Source of the DNA: Naegleria gruberi
Taxonomy: Eukaryota
DNA: 64,000 bases
Assembly (NCBI GenBank): GCA_000004985.1
Contig: GG738915.1
Direction: 5' to 3' (one strand)
Below are positions 9,392 to 19,913 of the stretch, in pieces. The translations under genes were made by a program, and so were the position numbers. How positions within the stretch are numbered: position 1 is the first letter of the stretch; each line of letters opens with the position of its first letter. The notes beneath the pieces are model-generated. The model worked only from the letters and a program-made list of their open reading frames with translations. It searched no databases and had not been told where the DNA came from.

Positions 9392-12300
9392 ATGAATCAA
9401 CATTCACGTTCAACAAGATCATCATCCACTCCAACCCATAGCAATACCACCACAAGACAACCACAACAACAACAGCAACAACAATCAATTTTGCCACAAT
9501 ATAAAGATGTAATAGACAAGGTCAATGAGCCACTCTCACTCATCTACTTTGAATCGTCATCAGACGCAAAGGCTGCTAAAAGAACATTAAATTGGGGACT
9601 TTACTTTTACGAGCATGGTGAATATATTAAATCGAGAGAGGCTCTAATTAAATGTGGAGAAGTTATTTCGAAAATCAATTCTAAACTTTCTACCATTAAT
9701 AATAATAATGGCTCGACAATTTCATTATCATCAACAACATCTCAGGGAAATACAGAATTAGTACAAGGTAAGAGGAATTTTCAATGATTGCAAGTGTCAA
9801 TCAATTATAATGACAATTTAATTTACTTTAATAGTTGGAAAGGATTTACTTTATCGAATTATTCTACTTGTGGAATGTTTGGATAAGATTATGAAAGCAA
9901 AACATCAACAATCCATTGTAAAGAACCAAGCAACCAATTCACCACCTAAAACAACATCAAAACCAAATTCAACACCAACAAACAGTTCTTCTTCTAGTAG
10001 TAGCAGCACTCAGGGAACACTTTCTAGAATATCGAGTGGCATATTTTCAACAATCACGAGTAACTTTACATCTATCAAGAGTAATCTTCAGAAGGAGGGT
10101 TCCTCTTTGAATAATACTAATGGTAATAATGGTAGTAACTCGAAACTGATTCAATTATTCAACAATGTTGGAAATGTACTGAAAAAACCAAAGGAAGAGG
10201 TTGCAATACCCAATCTAGCAGACTCTTATGTACAGGATCAATATGTGTTTGTGGAATTTATAGATGAGAAGAAACCTAATGAGCAACAACAACATGTACA
10301 CAGCAATTTAACTAATTCTCCGAACGATGGAAACATCCCTCCTCTACAACAGGTCAGCTCCTCTAGGGATTCTCTCTCTAAATTACAAAAACGTTTGCAA
10401 ACTGTAATGAAAGGCTCCTCAACAACAACGAATACATCTTTACAACATCAACAACCACAACAGCAACAACAGGTAAATTTGACAGGTAGTGGTTCCTCCT
10501 TGTCAGCTTCCTCTCTTCCAGGTCCAATCAGATTATCCCTTGATGCCTTGCAAACATCAGCGTCTGCAACATCACCAAATGGAGAAGTGAAAAGAGGTCC
10601 ACAAACATCCAGACTCAAATCTTTTATTCAATACATGGAAGAGAGGAGTGGAACATGGAGTCCTGAAACAATTTCTGAGGAAGAGGTTAGGGAGATGGTG
10701 AGAGTACTCAATGAAAATTTAAAGATTTTGAGTACCTCATCAAATTACAAAACAATGGGAATTCTGGCACAAATGTACGATCAAATACGTCCCTATAAGA
10801 AGCAAGTTCTGAAAGAGCTCTCCAGTCAATCAACCAAAGACAAGAGCAAGAAGATTTTAATGTTAAAGAAAATTATTAGTATTGCATTTTCAACCAAAAT
10901 GGTAAATCACTATATTTCAAAAGAGGAAAATTATACAACACTTCAGGAAAATTTCCTTCAATATTTCGAGTTGGATCTCTTTACATTGCATTTGCTGAAT
11001 ATTTATGCAGCAGCTGAAAACTTTGATCACACAAACTTTTGCCTTTCACATCTAGTTGCTAACATTGAGCTATTTTCACAAGCAATTAATGATGTTAATC
11101 AATACCAAGTTGAGAAGAGACAAATTTACAAACAAGTGGATGAATTAATTTTTGGCCACCTCAGAAATAGAATAATCGAGTTGAAGTGGTGTTTTGGAGT
11201 TGACACGTTTGCATACGTGACTAATGATTTCGACAGTGACGCTCTCGAGTCACTAGAATTACTACTCAAGTGTCTTGATGGTTGGCTTAAAATCAAAACA
11301 CAAATGGGTGACTATAGTGTAAATAATAGACCAACAATAGCAGCCATTTTAACAGAATGTTTGGCTCATTTTGTAAGAAAATTGTACATTCTCAACAGAG
11401 AAATGATATCAAATAATTTGAAACAATCTCCTCATTTGAGAGGTTTCTTTTTGGAAGCATCTTTTGACATGAATCTCTCAACATTTGTTGTAGATGAGAC
11501 GAAACAATTGTGTTCTAGGTTTGCTTCCTACTTTGACAAGTATTTTGAAAATACTGCTCAATTTAAAGATATTGTAGCAGTCGAGTTTTCTAAACATTTA
11601 TCAGTGGAAGTTAAGGCATTCTGTCAGGAAGCTCTCAAATATCAACAGGCATGTATGGAACAAGCAAAGAAAAATAAGTTTTTGAGAGTTTACTTTAACG
11701 ACTTGAATTTGGGTGTTCTGAATAAGTTGGTGTCCCACTTTGTGACCAAGTACAGAATTCTTCAAGAACTGTCGCCATGTGTAAAAGATTTTGAAATTGA
11801 ATCTTTCTATGAAATTGTGAGTATGTGCATTACAGTTGCTACTCCAAACAGACTGAAAGATTTTTACTCAAAGGTCATGAGTATGGACACACTAGATAAA
11901 CCAATCGACAAGACAGTCCTTTATACATTCTCCTGTATAGATATGGCTAATGCAAGTCTCAAACCAATTCACATGATTTACAATTTGGACACTCTTATTA
12001 GAAATGGAAATGACAAGTATTTGAGTTTTTTAACTCTGCATTTTGAAGCTATTAGACCAACCATTTCCGAATATTTACAATTAATGCTCAATAGATGTAA
12101 ATATGAATTATCCAAAGTGCAGGGAAATGTCCATGACAGAATACGTTTAGCATGTATTGCCTTCAACAATGTCAATGGACTTTTCATGTATGCCAAAGAT
12201 ATCCTGCAACAATTTAACAGTTCAGTATGTGATCAACTGTTGGAAGACTATGACAGAAAGGTTAATCCAGAGGAAGAATCTGATCAGTTCAACATTAATA

Positions 12301-13226
12301 TACTCCAAGAAAAGTTGATTCAAGTTTATGATTTTCCAAGCGTAAAATCCATCACAAATGAGATAAGAATGGTCACTACAGATATGGCCTTCTTTATTGC
12401 TGACTGGTTGTATAATATGAATGAACAGAGATTTGAGGCAATTTTTAACATTGCATCCAATGGTTCACCTCAAGAAAAATTGTTCATTTTCCTGTCCTCT
12501 TTGGATAGGTTTTTTATGCATTTGTCAGACAATCTCTACTTGGAATTGTTACACGAGGTTCTACGACACTTATATGTAATCTATGTACAAAAATTAGTAA
12601 GAAACAAACTCTTAGGATACAAGCAAAAGAGTCCACTGAACGCCTCTGAATTACTTTCTCCTATTACTGGTATGGATGGTGCAACACCATTCTCTCCAAA
12701 TACATCACCAGTTCCATCACATTTTCCTACCTTTGAATCATCCCAGAAAGTAACTGTTCAATTATGTTTGGATGGACTCAAGGATTTATTCAATGCTTCA
12801 GGAGAAGGTTTGGATTCAAAATTCCTCGATCAACAATCACGAGAATTGGACATTTTAATATTGATCTATAATGACGAAACAGATATTTTGATTAATTTAT
12901 ATGAGAATCTTATTGGAGAAAGAGTTGATGATAAGTATTTAACAAGTCTCTATCAACGATTGGCACCTCAATCACCAAATTTGAACATGCCATCGTCTGT
13001 CTCAATGCCATCATTGGATGATAGTGATTCTATTTCCATAGCAAGTAGCAGCAGCTCTACAGATTCATTCATCCTGCTTTCACTCCAAGAGGCCATCAGT
13101 AGTAAGAGAAAGAATTCTGATTTCCTTTCTCCAGAACTTATTCTCCTCCTACTCAATCAGAGGAAGAAAGATAGAACAGCTAGATCATATGCAAGAAGGA
13201 GACTGAAAGAATTGAAAGAAAAATAA
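9392..13226 (+). CDS. Large hypothetical protein (about 1257 aa), 2 exons; poly-Q and S/T/N-rich N-terminal region, long alpha-helical C-terminal region
   Basis: Exon 1 is 9392..9767, the intron is 9768..9834 (67 nt, donor GTAAGA, acceptor TTAATAG) and exon 2 is 9835..13226. The junction is phase 1. It joins track ORFs 9392..9787 and 9870..13226 in frame; the latter starts at GTG in the track. No enzymatic motif recognised. Confidence 0.7.
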
Positions 13227-13281
13227 ACCATTTCCAAGTCTTCCCAGAACTTTCTGATAATTCAATACTTGGAATGTTGGA

Positions 13282-15529
13282 TTATTTGGTGTTTGGAGTA
13301 TCAACAAAATCCCAACGTGAGCAGTCAACAACCAATGACTGTGCCAATAATAATCTCATTTTACAAATCCTATCGTCTGGATCAATGCTAGCAACTTGTT
13401 CTAGTAGTTGCTCTGCAGAAATAGGATCAAACCTATCTCGGCAAAATAAGTGGGAAATAGCTTTCTCAAACATTTCTTTAGTTGACCGTTTCTTACAATT
13501 TTCAAAAGGTATAATTTCCATAATTTCTACGTAATTTCTCTTACCCACTACACAGATTTTCCCAATCGATCGACAACTCCCTCCCTCTCCCAGAAAAATC
13601 GGTGAACAAGAATCAGTTACACTTTTCGATACTAGAATCTTGGCATCGTAATATTTCGTCAGAGATTCTAATCGAGCAGATAAATTGACTGCATCCCCAA
13701 CTATGGTTGGATCCATTCTCTTTGACTCTCCAATCAAGCCAACTGCACATCGTCCTCTGACAATTCCACATCCTATTGAAATAGGACCAACGATTGGTGA
13801 CACACTCTCATTAAAAACCAGAACACAATTTTGAATTTCAATCGATGCTTTCAGTGCATGGCCTGGCTCTGTAAATAGGGCAATAAATCCATCACCTTAA
13901 TAAAGTTCGTTCATAAATTTCTAAATTCTCGAATGAACATACCCATATATTTATCAATATATCCACAATTTCTCCTCACAATCGGACCAACCAAAGCCAA
14001 ATATCGATTCAATAATTTGAACATTTGATCAGTTGGTAGCCTCTCACTCATTGAAGTATAATTTCGAATATCAACAAACATAATATCCAACTCCTTCTCA
14101 AAGAAATCACCATGATGCAAATCTGTCACCTTCTGCTTATTGATAATGGACATGAATTCTCGTGGCACGAATTTGTAAACCATATCCTCTTGGAGACGCA
14201 ACATTTTCTTCCAAGGTCCTAGAATAGTTTTCGAAAATAGCAACGCCACCAATGCTGCCACAAGAACCACAATTACTATAACAATGGTAAATGCAATTAA
14301 TGAATCGGTAGCATTCAAACCAATTTGATTCGAATAGTCTAATAAGACCAATCTCATTCGATCTTCCACAATCCCTAAAAGAATTCATGCACAGAGTCAT
14401 GTTAAAAAACCATTCTTCAAGTGTATACTTTGTTAAATTTTGATAATTATCCAAGACATAATCTTCCATACTCTGACAGATATTTTGCTGAGTATCATTG
14501 AGAATATTTGTAAGGAATTCTGTGTAAATTTCATTGGATGCCTGAAGAGAGAATAAGTGTCGAACCAAGATTCCCTATAATACATTTAAAGATTTTGGTA
14601 AAAGTTGTTTTTCTTACACCACAATATTCAAAATTACTTACTTTAATGACTGCTTCTTTGAATGAATCAATCGAAGCTTGAGACAAACTTCCATTCATAA
14701 ATCCAAATGTTCCATAAATTCTTCTAATTCCTCGATATTCCCTAGCTGCGGAAAGTAAGTTGAATGAATTGTGAATTATTGCAAAAGTTGGATCCAAACT
14801 TTGACTTGTTACAACTCTAATCATATCATTGATCAAAGAATCCCAATCGTTGATGTATTGGATTGTTGGTAAAAAGGTTTCGTTCGTAACATTCTCCACT
14901 TTCATTCTCCACTCTCCAACACCTTTCGAATAACCAATGACCTTTCCCAAATAATCCTCAAACAAATACCACGTCCTTTTCCACTGTTCATTAATCAAAA
15001 TATCGTTTGGGCTTACCGAAAGTGCGAAGAACCTTTCGATAGCATTGTCAGTTCGATTTCTTGCTTCAGCTAATTCAATTGTATACTGCCTCTTATGAGA
15101 ACCTAGATAAAGAGATGTGATTCCTCTTTCATTTTGCAAACAATCACCAAGTTCTGAGAGATGCATTGTCACTCTTGATAGTTTTTTAATCTCATTCGCA
15201 TGGTTCAAGTTGACCGCAGCAGAATTAATCAGTAAGGCACCAAATACTGCCATAGGAATCAAGCAAAATGCAATAATGAGGGCCAATTTAATGATGAGAG
15301 GTATTTTCTCCAAGATTCTTATTGGAAAGAAACTATTAAACAAGGATTTGTTCATTATGGATTGAGAAGTTATTTTGGATTTGTGTCCTTTCTCAGTGAT
15401 TGGAACTGTGGTTGATGGTTCCTCGAAGGTATCTGGTACAGTACCAGATATACGTTTTGCATGCAATGTTCTTTCTGCATTGTGTTCTACTTGTTGTTGT
15501 TGGGGCGTTTCAATATTCGAAACCTCCAT
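13282..15529 (-). CDS. Receptor-type class III adenylyl/guanylyl cyclase: N-terminal cytosolic tail, TM1, about 260-aa extracellular sensor domain, TM2, cyclase catalytic domain; 4 exons
   Basis: Model in plus-strand coordinates: E1 14642..15529 (ATG at 15527-15529); intron 14575..14641; E2 14472..14574; intron 14375..14471; E3 13943..14374; intron 13896..13942; E4 13282..13895. The E1/E2 and E3/E4 junctions (GTAAGT and GTATGT donors) are solid. The E2/E3 junction (donor GTATGG, acceptor TTTTAG) is needed to get from the sensor-domain frame into the frame that encodes TM2, IAFTIVIVIVVLVAALVALLF. It is phase-consistent but tentative. Cyclase motifs: DIMFVDIRNYTSMSE, CGYIDKYMG, GDGFIALF, GPISIGCGIVRGRCAVGLIG and GDAVNLSARLES. 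Total is about 678 aa. Confidence 0.75.
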
Positions 15530-16440
15530 GTTTTTTTTTGTTGGAAGAGTAGTACAAGGTTGAACGAATCAAGAAGGTTTCCTCGTTTGTGTGAGTATTT
15601 TCCATGTTGTGCTTACAACATCCATGACTGTGAAGTTCCAAAATCGATGTCTGAATCTTGCAAAATGGGAAGAGATTACAACATTAATTTGTGTAGGTTT
15701 GATGAAAAGGAAAAAAACGCTCAATCTAAATGTTAATTTTCACACAAAAAGGGACAAGATGTTACCCAATATTTATCCCAGGGTTTCAAGTTAAATTCAA
15801 TTTATCTGAGAAATGTCAAATAATTCATATGTTTATATTCTCAACAAGGAGAAATGTAATCATCGATAATAGGTTCAATGCATCGAATAAATCACCACCA
15901 TGAATACATTTTAAAAGTTTTCATCAATCAGACACGCAAATCGAGAATAAATTTTGCAAGAGTGTTTTGTATTTTTGTAATGGCAAGCACCTTTTCAAGA
16001 ATATTACCCAATTGATGATCATAGTAATCAATGGTATCTTAATTGATGTGAGCAAACATTAGAGAATGAGTAATTTACCAACATAAAATCAATGCTATTT
16101 GTTCATTGTTTTCAACGTGTTGACTTATCTGACATGTCAAGCTGCTTAATCATCTTTGTATTGAATTTAAATTGATATGCTCATTGGATATAACCTCAAG
16201 AGGACCCGCCTTCTTCCGTTTGCTGGATTCTCCCTTCCATTCAATATTGGCTATTATTTCCATTCGGATTGTACTAAATCTGCCCTTAATATATTTACCC
16301 AAATTTCTTATTTTCAATGCTAATCCTAGCCCGAGGAAGAGGTCAATCTTTTTGTCAGCTGGAACCTCAATCAATAATAGGAGAGGTAGAATATTCATAT
16401 CCTCACAAAGAGGAGAAGGGCAATCTATAATTGTGCTCTC

Positions 16441-17790
16441 ATGAAAAAGAAAATGAATCCATTTGCCTTGCTTGATTTCCATTTGCCTCATAGATTTTCC
16501 TTACATGGTACGGAATCAAAGTATTTTGATCAGGTGCATGTTACCAAGGCCAATGATGAACATACTACTCTACAGGCAGTTGTTGGTGGTGATTCACCAA
16601 CTTGTTTAAAAGAAGAACAATCTTTATGTAATACTAATAATAATAATGGCGGAAATTGCTCCCCTTGTAATACTATGACCAATATTAGAAATAATACATT
16701 AAATAATCAAAGTGATGGATGTTGTCTCACTGAAGAAGACTCTGAAATATTGAATTGTTACTACAGTTCATCCATGTTTCTTCATGTGATCGCAAGGCAA
16801 GAGCTTGAACGTTTCTTACAAGATTCATCATCCAATTCCTCAAAGGCCAACACTCTGGAAATGATAGAAATGATGACCTTGTATTATTCCATCAAGGCAA
16901 CTTGTGAACTCCAGATGGGACGAATGGACAAATATGAAATCTCGGGAATGAAGGCAATGGAGAATCTTGTCAAACTTTCAAGTACAAACTTGGCGATTGC
17001 TGGAAGCTACCTTAATATGTGCTTGCTTGAATTGTGGAATGATAGATTTGATATTGCAAAATTGTATTTTGCAAAGGTTATGACCTTCAAACCATACTTT
17101 GAGAATGCATCGGAAGGACAGTATGAGTACAAATTATTGAAAGATGACCTCAATATCTCAGTCAAGTTATTGGAGTATACTCTATTCAATGCTGATGTTA
17201 ACAATCTTCATCATTTATTGTTTGAAAGGTTTCTTGTAAATTTACCAACTCTCTTTTCGTATTATAGAACTGGGCAAGCGCTCATTAATGAATGGAACCA
17301 CATTCTAAAGAATCCTCACCTTATCAATTCATCAAATTGTATGCAAGTTCATATGCTGATATTGACACTCTTGAGGGATTGTAAAAAGTATGAAGAAGAT
17401 ACAAAGGGACGATCAGAAAATCTCACTTTACTGTACGACTTTTTGGAAAGTGGGATAACATTGGCTCTGTTATCCAAATGCTCTGAAAAAACGCCCATGA
17501 TTGAGTATACCATTGAATCAAGTGCAAAGAGAATTGTCAAGTCAATTAAGAATCCAAATTTTGAATCTGCTCCATTTGAAGTGATCATTTATCTTTCATT
17601 TGCTGCAGAGCATCACTTGAAAAGGATTCTACAAGGTGTTTTATCAAGAGACTCGATGAATTATGTTGAAATGCTTCGAGATACACTCAATGCATACAAA
17701 TCTCTTCAATCCAGATTTAAAATAGCCAATTTTTACTATTATGGGGGAGTATTCCAACAAGTGGATTTATACTTCTGTAATAAAGCGTAA
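16441..17790 (+). CDS. Paralog A of a tandem pair: putative transcription-regulator-like protein that lacks the canonical Zn2Cys6 cluster
   Basis: 449-aa ORF with ATG at 16441; MNPF begins at 16453. It shares with the downstream gene the N-terminal MNPFxLLDFHL, the blocks LYYSIKATCExQMG, YLNMC, LPTLFSY, LKNPHLI[NS]S[ST]NC and NP[KN]FES[AM]PFE, and the C-terminal YYGG[IV]F. It is Cys-containing but has no CxxCx6Cx5-9CxxCx6-8C pattern. Confidence 0.75.
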   Translation: MKKKMNPFALLDFHLPHRFSLHGTESKYFDQVHVTKANDEHTTLQAVVGGDSPTCLKEEQSLCNTNNNNGGNCSPCNTMTNIRNNTLNNQSDGCCLTEEDSEILNCYYSSSMFLHVIARQELERFLQDSSSNSSKANTLEMIEMMTLYYSIKATCELQMGRMDKYEISGMKAMENLVKLSSTNLAIAGSYLNMCLLELWNDRFDIAKLYFAKVMTFKPYFENASEGQYEYKLLKDDLNISVKLLEYTLFNADVNNLHHLLFERFLVNLPTLFSYYRTGQALINEWNHILKNPHLINSSNCMQVHMLILTLLRDCKKYEEDTKGRSENLTLLYDFLESGITLALLSKCSEKTPMIEYTIESSAKRIVKSIKNPNFESAPFEVIIYLSFAAEHHLKRILQGVLSRDSMNYVEMLRDTLNAYKSLQSRFKIANFYYYGGVFQQVDLYFCNKA

Positions 17791-18006
17791 ATTATCCAAT
17801 TGACTACAGTTCCTTAATCTCTATAATAAAAATATAACCATACAACCAATTGAGTTAAGTGTTTTGTTTTGGGGCGAAGGACTTTCCTCCAATTAAAATT
17901 TCATCCTGAAACCTGTACAACCGATCCCTTATCACCATTGATCAATGATTATTTCCAAGATTGAAACTCTTTCATCTGCCTTAATCAAAAGTGTGGAGGC
18001 TTTTAA

Positions 18007-19719
18007 ATGGTTTGTTTACCTTCCTTATTAAATCAACCATTTGAAAAAAAATCAATGAATCCCTTCCTAGTGCTCGATTTCCACTTATCGGATGAGAATT
18101 TGTTCTTCAATCCTAACAATTTTCAGCCGGTAACCTTTGCAAATAACTGTACTTTTATTCCACAATTACAACCTCTTCAGACTCAGCCTCAATATATTAC
18201 TTCAACAACAGCATCAATAACTAATCACAATACTTCTATTAATCAACATCCTAATAATATCCAACAACAACAACTCCATCACAACAAGAATGGTTTCAAC
18301 CAACAACAAATACCTTCCTCATTCCAGAACGACTCTGTCAGTAGTTCCACTTCCTGCGATCCGGCCACTACACATGGAGGAAGCCGAAGCAACCACAACT
18401 CTGTTACAACAAATCAAACTGCTCTTGAGAATGTAGCAGAAAATGGCACATCTCAACCTTCAGAAGAGAACGCTAACTGTGATAATGCAGATGGAACCAT
18501 TGCTCCAATATCTTGTGATGCATGTCGTTCTAACCATCGTCGATGTGATCGTATCAGACCTTCATGTCAAGCTTGTAAAATAAGAGGAATCCCATGTAAC
18601 TATAGTATGAACTTTAAGAGAAGAGCCAAGTTTATTAACAATAACAGATTGAAGGATGAAGATGTTGCAATTTTGGATGTTTATTACACAGAGTCTGGAT
18701 ATCACATGGTTTCAAGGACAGAGTTGGAACAATTCTTGTTAGAATCTTATAAGTGTAACGGCTCTTACACAACACAAGATATGAAAGAGATGATAGCCCT
18801 GTATTATTCAATTAAAGCAACCTGTGAGTGTCAAATGGGTCAAATTGACAAGGCAGAGTTATCCGCAAAGCAGGCAAAGGAGTATCTTTCCAAAGTATTT
18901 GATTGCTATACCAGTATGAAGGTTGCTGGAACCTATCTCAACATGTGCTTTTATGAACTGTGGTTTGAGAGGTTACACACAGCCAAGTTTTACTTTCAAA
19001 CTCTACTCTTCTTTAAAGAAGCTCTTGAGAACTCAAAGGAAGAAACAAAGAATTCCATTAGAGAGCATCTAATAATTACAATCACCTACTTGGAGGAGAC
19101 CATATTTAACATTCAGGATAAGAAGAACCTTCATGAGAGAACCTTCGACAGGTTTTTGCTGACACTCCCAACACTCTTCTCCTATTTGAAAACTTCAGAT
19201 TGTATGTTTGGTAGTGACTGGGATTATTATTTGAAGAATCCACACCTAATTGACTCTACGAATTGTGTACAGGTTAATACACTCCTTCAAAATCTATTGA
19301 GAGAATGTAAGAGGTATGAACAGAATAATTTTGGAGGAAATCCAGTTCTGGATTTGTACTATGATGTCATGGAGAGTGGTTGTACATTGGCACTGTTGTC
19401 AAAAACTAAGGAAATGAATTCAATGATGGATTATGTCTTGGAGAGAAGTGCTACTACTATTGTAAATTCGATTAATAACCCTAAATTTGAATCAATGCCT
19501 TTTGAGATTCTTCTCCACATTTCATTTGCTGCAGAGTATCATTTGAAAAAGGTGAGAGAGGGCATATTTATGGGTAGTATGAATAATTGTGATTATATTG
19601 AAATGTTGAGAACTGAATTAAGAGCCTACCAAACCCTACAATCAAGATACAAGATTGCCAAGACTTACTTTTATGGTGGAATATTCAAGAAATTGGATGA
19701 CTATTTCAATAATCAATAA
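18007..19719 (+). CDS. Paralog B: fungal-type Zn(II)2Cys6 binuclear-cluster (GAL4-like) putative transcription factor
   Basis: 570-aa ORF. The Zn2Cys6 motif is CDACRSNHRRCDRIRPSCQACKIRGIPC (about nt 18517-18600), followed by a basic linker. The region after that is homologous to paralog A. The N-terminal part is Q/N-rich. Confidence 0.75.
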   Translation: MVCLPSLLNQPFEKKSMNPFLVLDFHLSDENLFFNPNNFQPVTFANNCTFIPQLQPLQTQPQYITSTTASITNHNTSINQHPNNIQQQQLHHNKNGFNQQQIPSSFQNDSVSSSTSCDPATTHGGSRSNHNSVTTNQTALENVAENGTSQPSEENANCDNADGTIAPISCDACRSNHRRCDRIRPSCQACKIRGIPCNYSMNFKRRAKFINNNRLKDEDVAILDVYYTESGYHMVSRTELEQFLLESYKCNGSYTTQDMKEMIALYYSIKATCECQMGQIDKAELSAKQAKEYLSKVFDCYTSMKVAGTYLNMCFYELWFERLHTAKFYFQTLLFFKEALENSKEETKNSIREHLIITITYLEETIFNIQDKKNLHERTFDRFLLTLPTLFSYLKTSDCMFGSDWDYYLKNPHLIDSTNCVQVNTLLQNLLRECKRYEQNNFGGNPVLDLYYDVMESGCTLALLSKTKEMNSMMDYVLERSATTIVNSINNPKFESMPFEILLHISFAAEYHLKKVREGIFMGSMNNCDYIEMLRTELRAYQTLQSRYKIAKTYFYGGIFKKLDDYFNNQ

Positions 19720-19913
19720 ATAATCCTTACTATTATACTATTGTATCATGAGGATAAAGCACAAGTGTTCGAATATACAATCCAATTCAAGTTAGGCCGT
19801 ACGATTTGGTTTCCCTTCCTGTTCCGCCCAAAATCAGATGTGCACAATTATAAATTCCATTCCCTTATTACTCCTTCCAGCTCATCAAAAGGAATAAAAT
19901 CATCTTAAAGAAA

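Noticed and set aside
13274-13534. Plus-strand track ORF 13274..13534 downstream of the 9392-13226 gene
   Set aside because: It overlaps the cyclase's last exon antisense, has no motifs, and is explained by the minus-strand cyclase domain GDAVNLSARLES.
14137-14568. Track ORF 14137..14568 reading straight through the cyclase TM2 region as ...HCYSNCGSCGSIGGVAIFENYSRT...
   Set aside because: Its 3' part is an out-of-frame translation of the DNA that encodes the hydrophobic helix IAFTIVIVIVVLVAALVALLF in the adjacent frame. A short intron (14375..14471) that switches frame gives a sensible TM2 followed by the catalytic domain.
15117-15794. Several short plus-strand track ORFs (15117..15365, 15375..15563, 15461..15736, 15591..15794) over the cyclase locus
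   Set aside because: They are antisense shadows of the minus-strand cyclase exon 1 and its 5' region. They have no motifs, and the minus-strand frame carries the cyclase sensor and transmembrane sequence.
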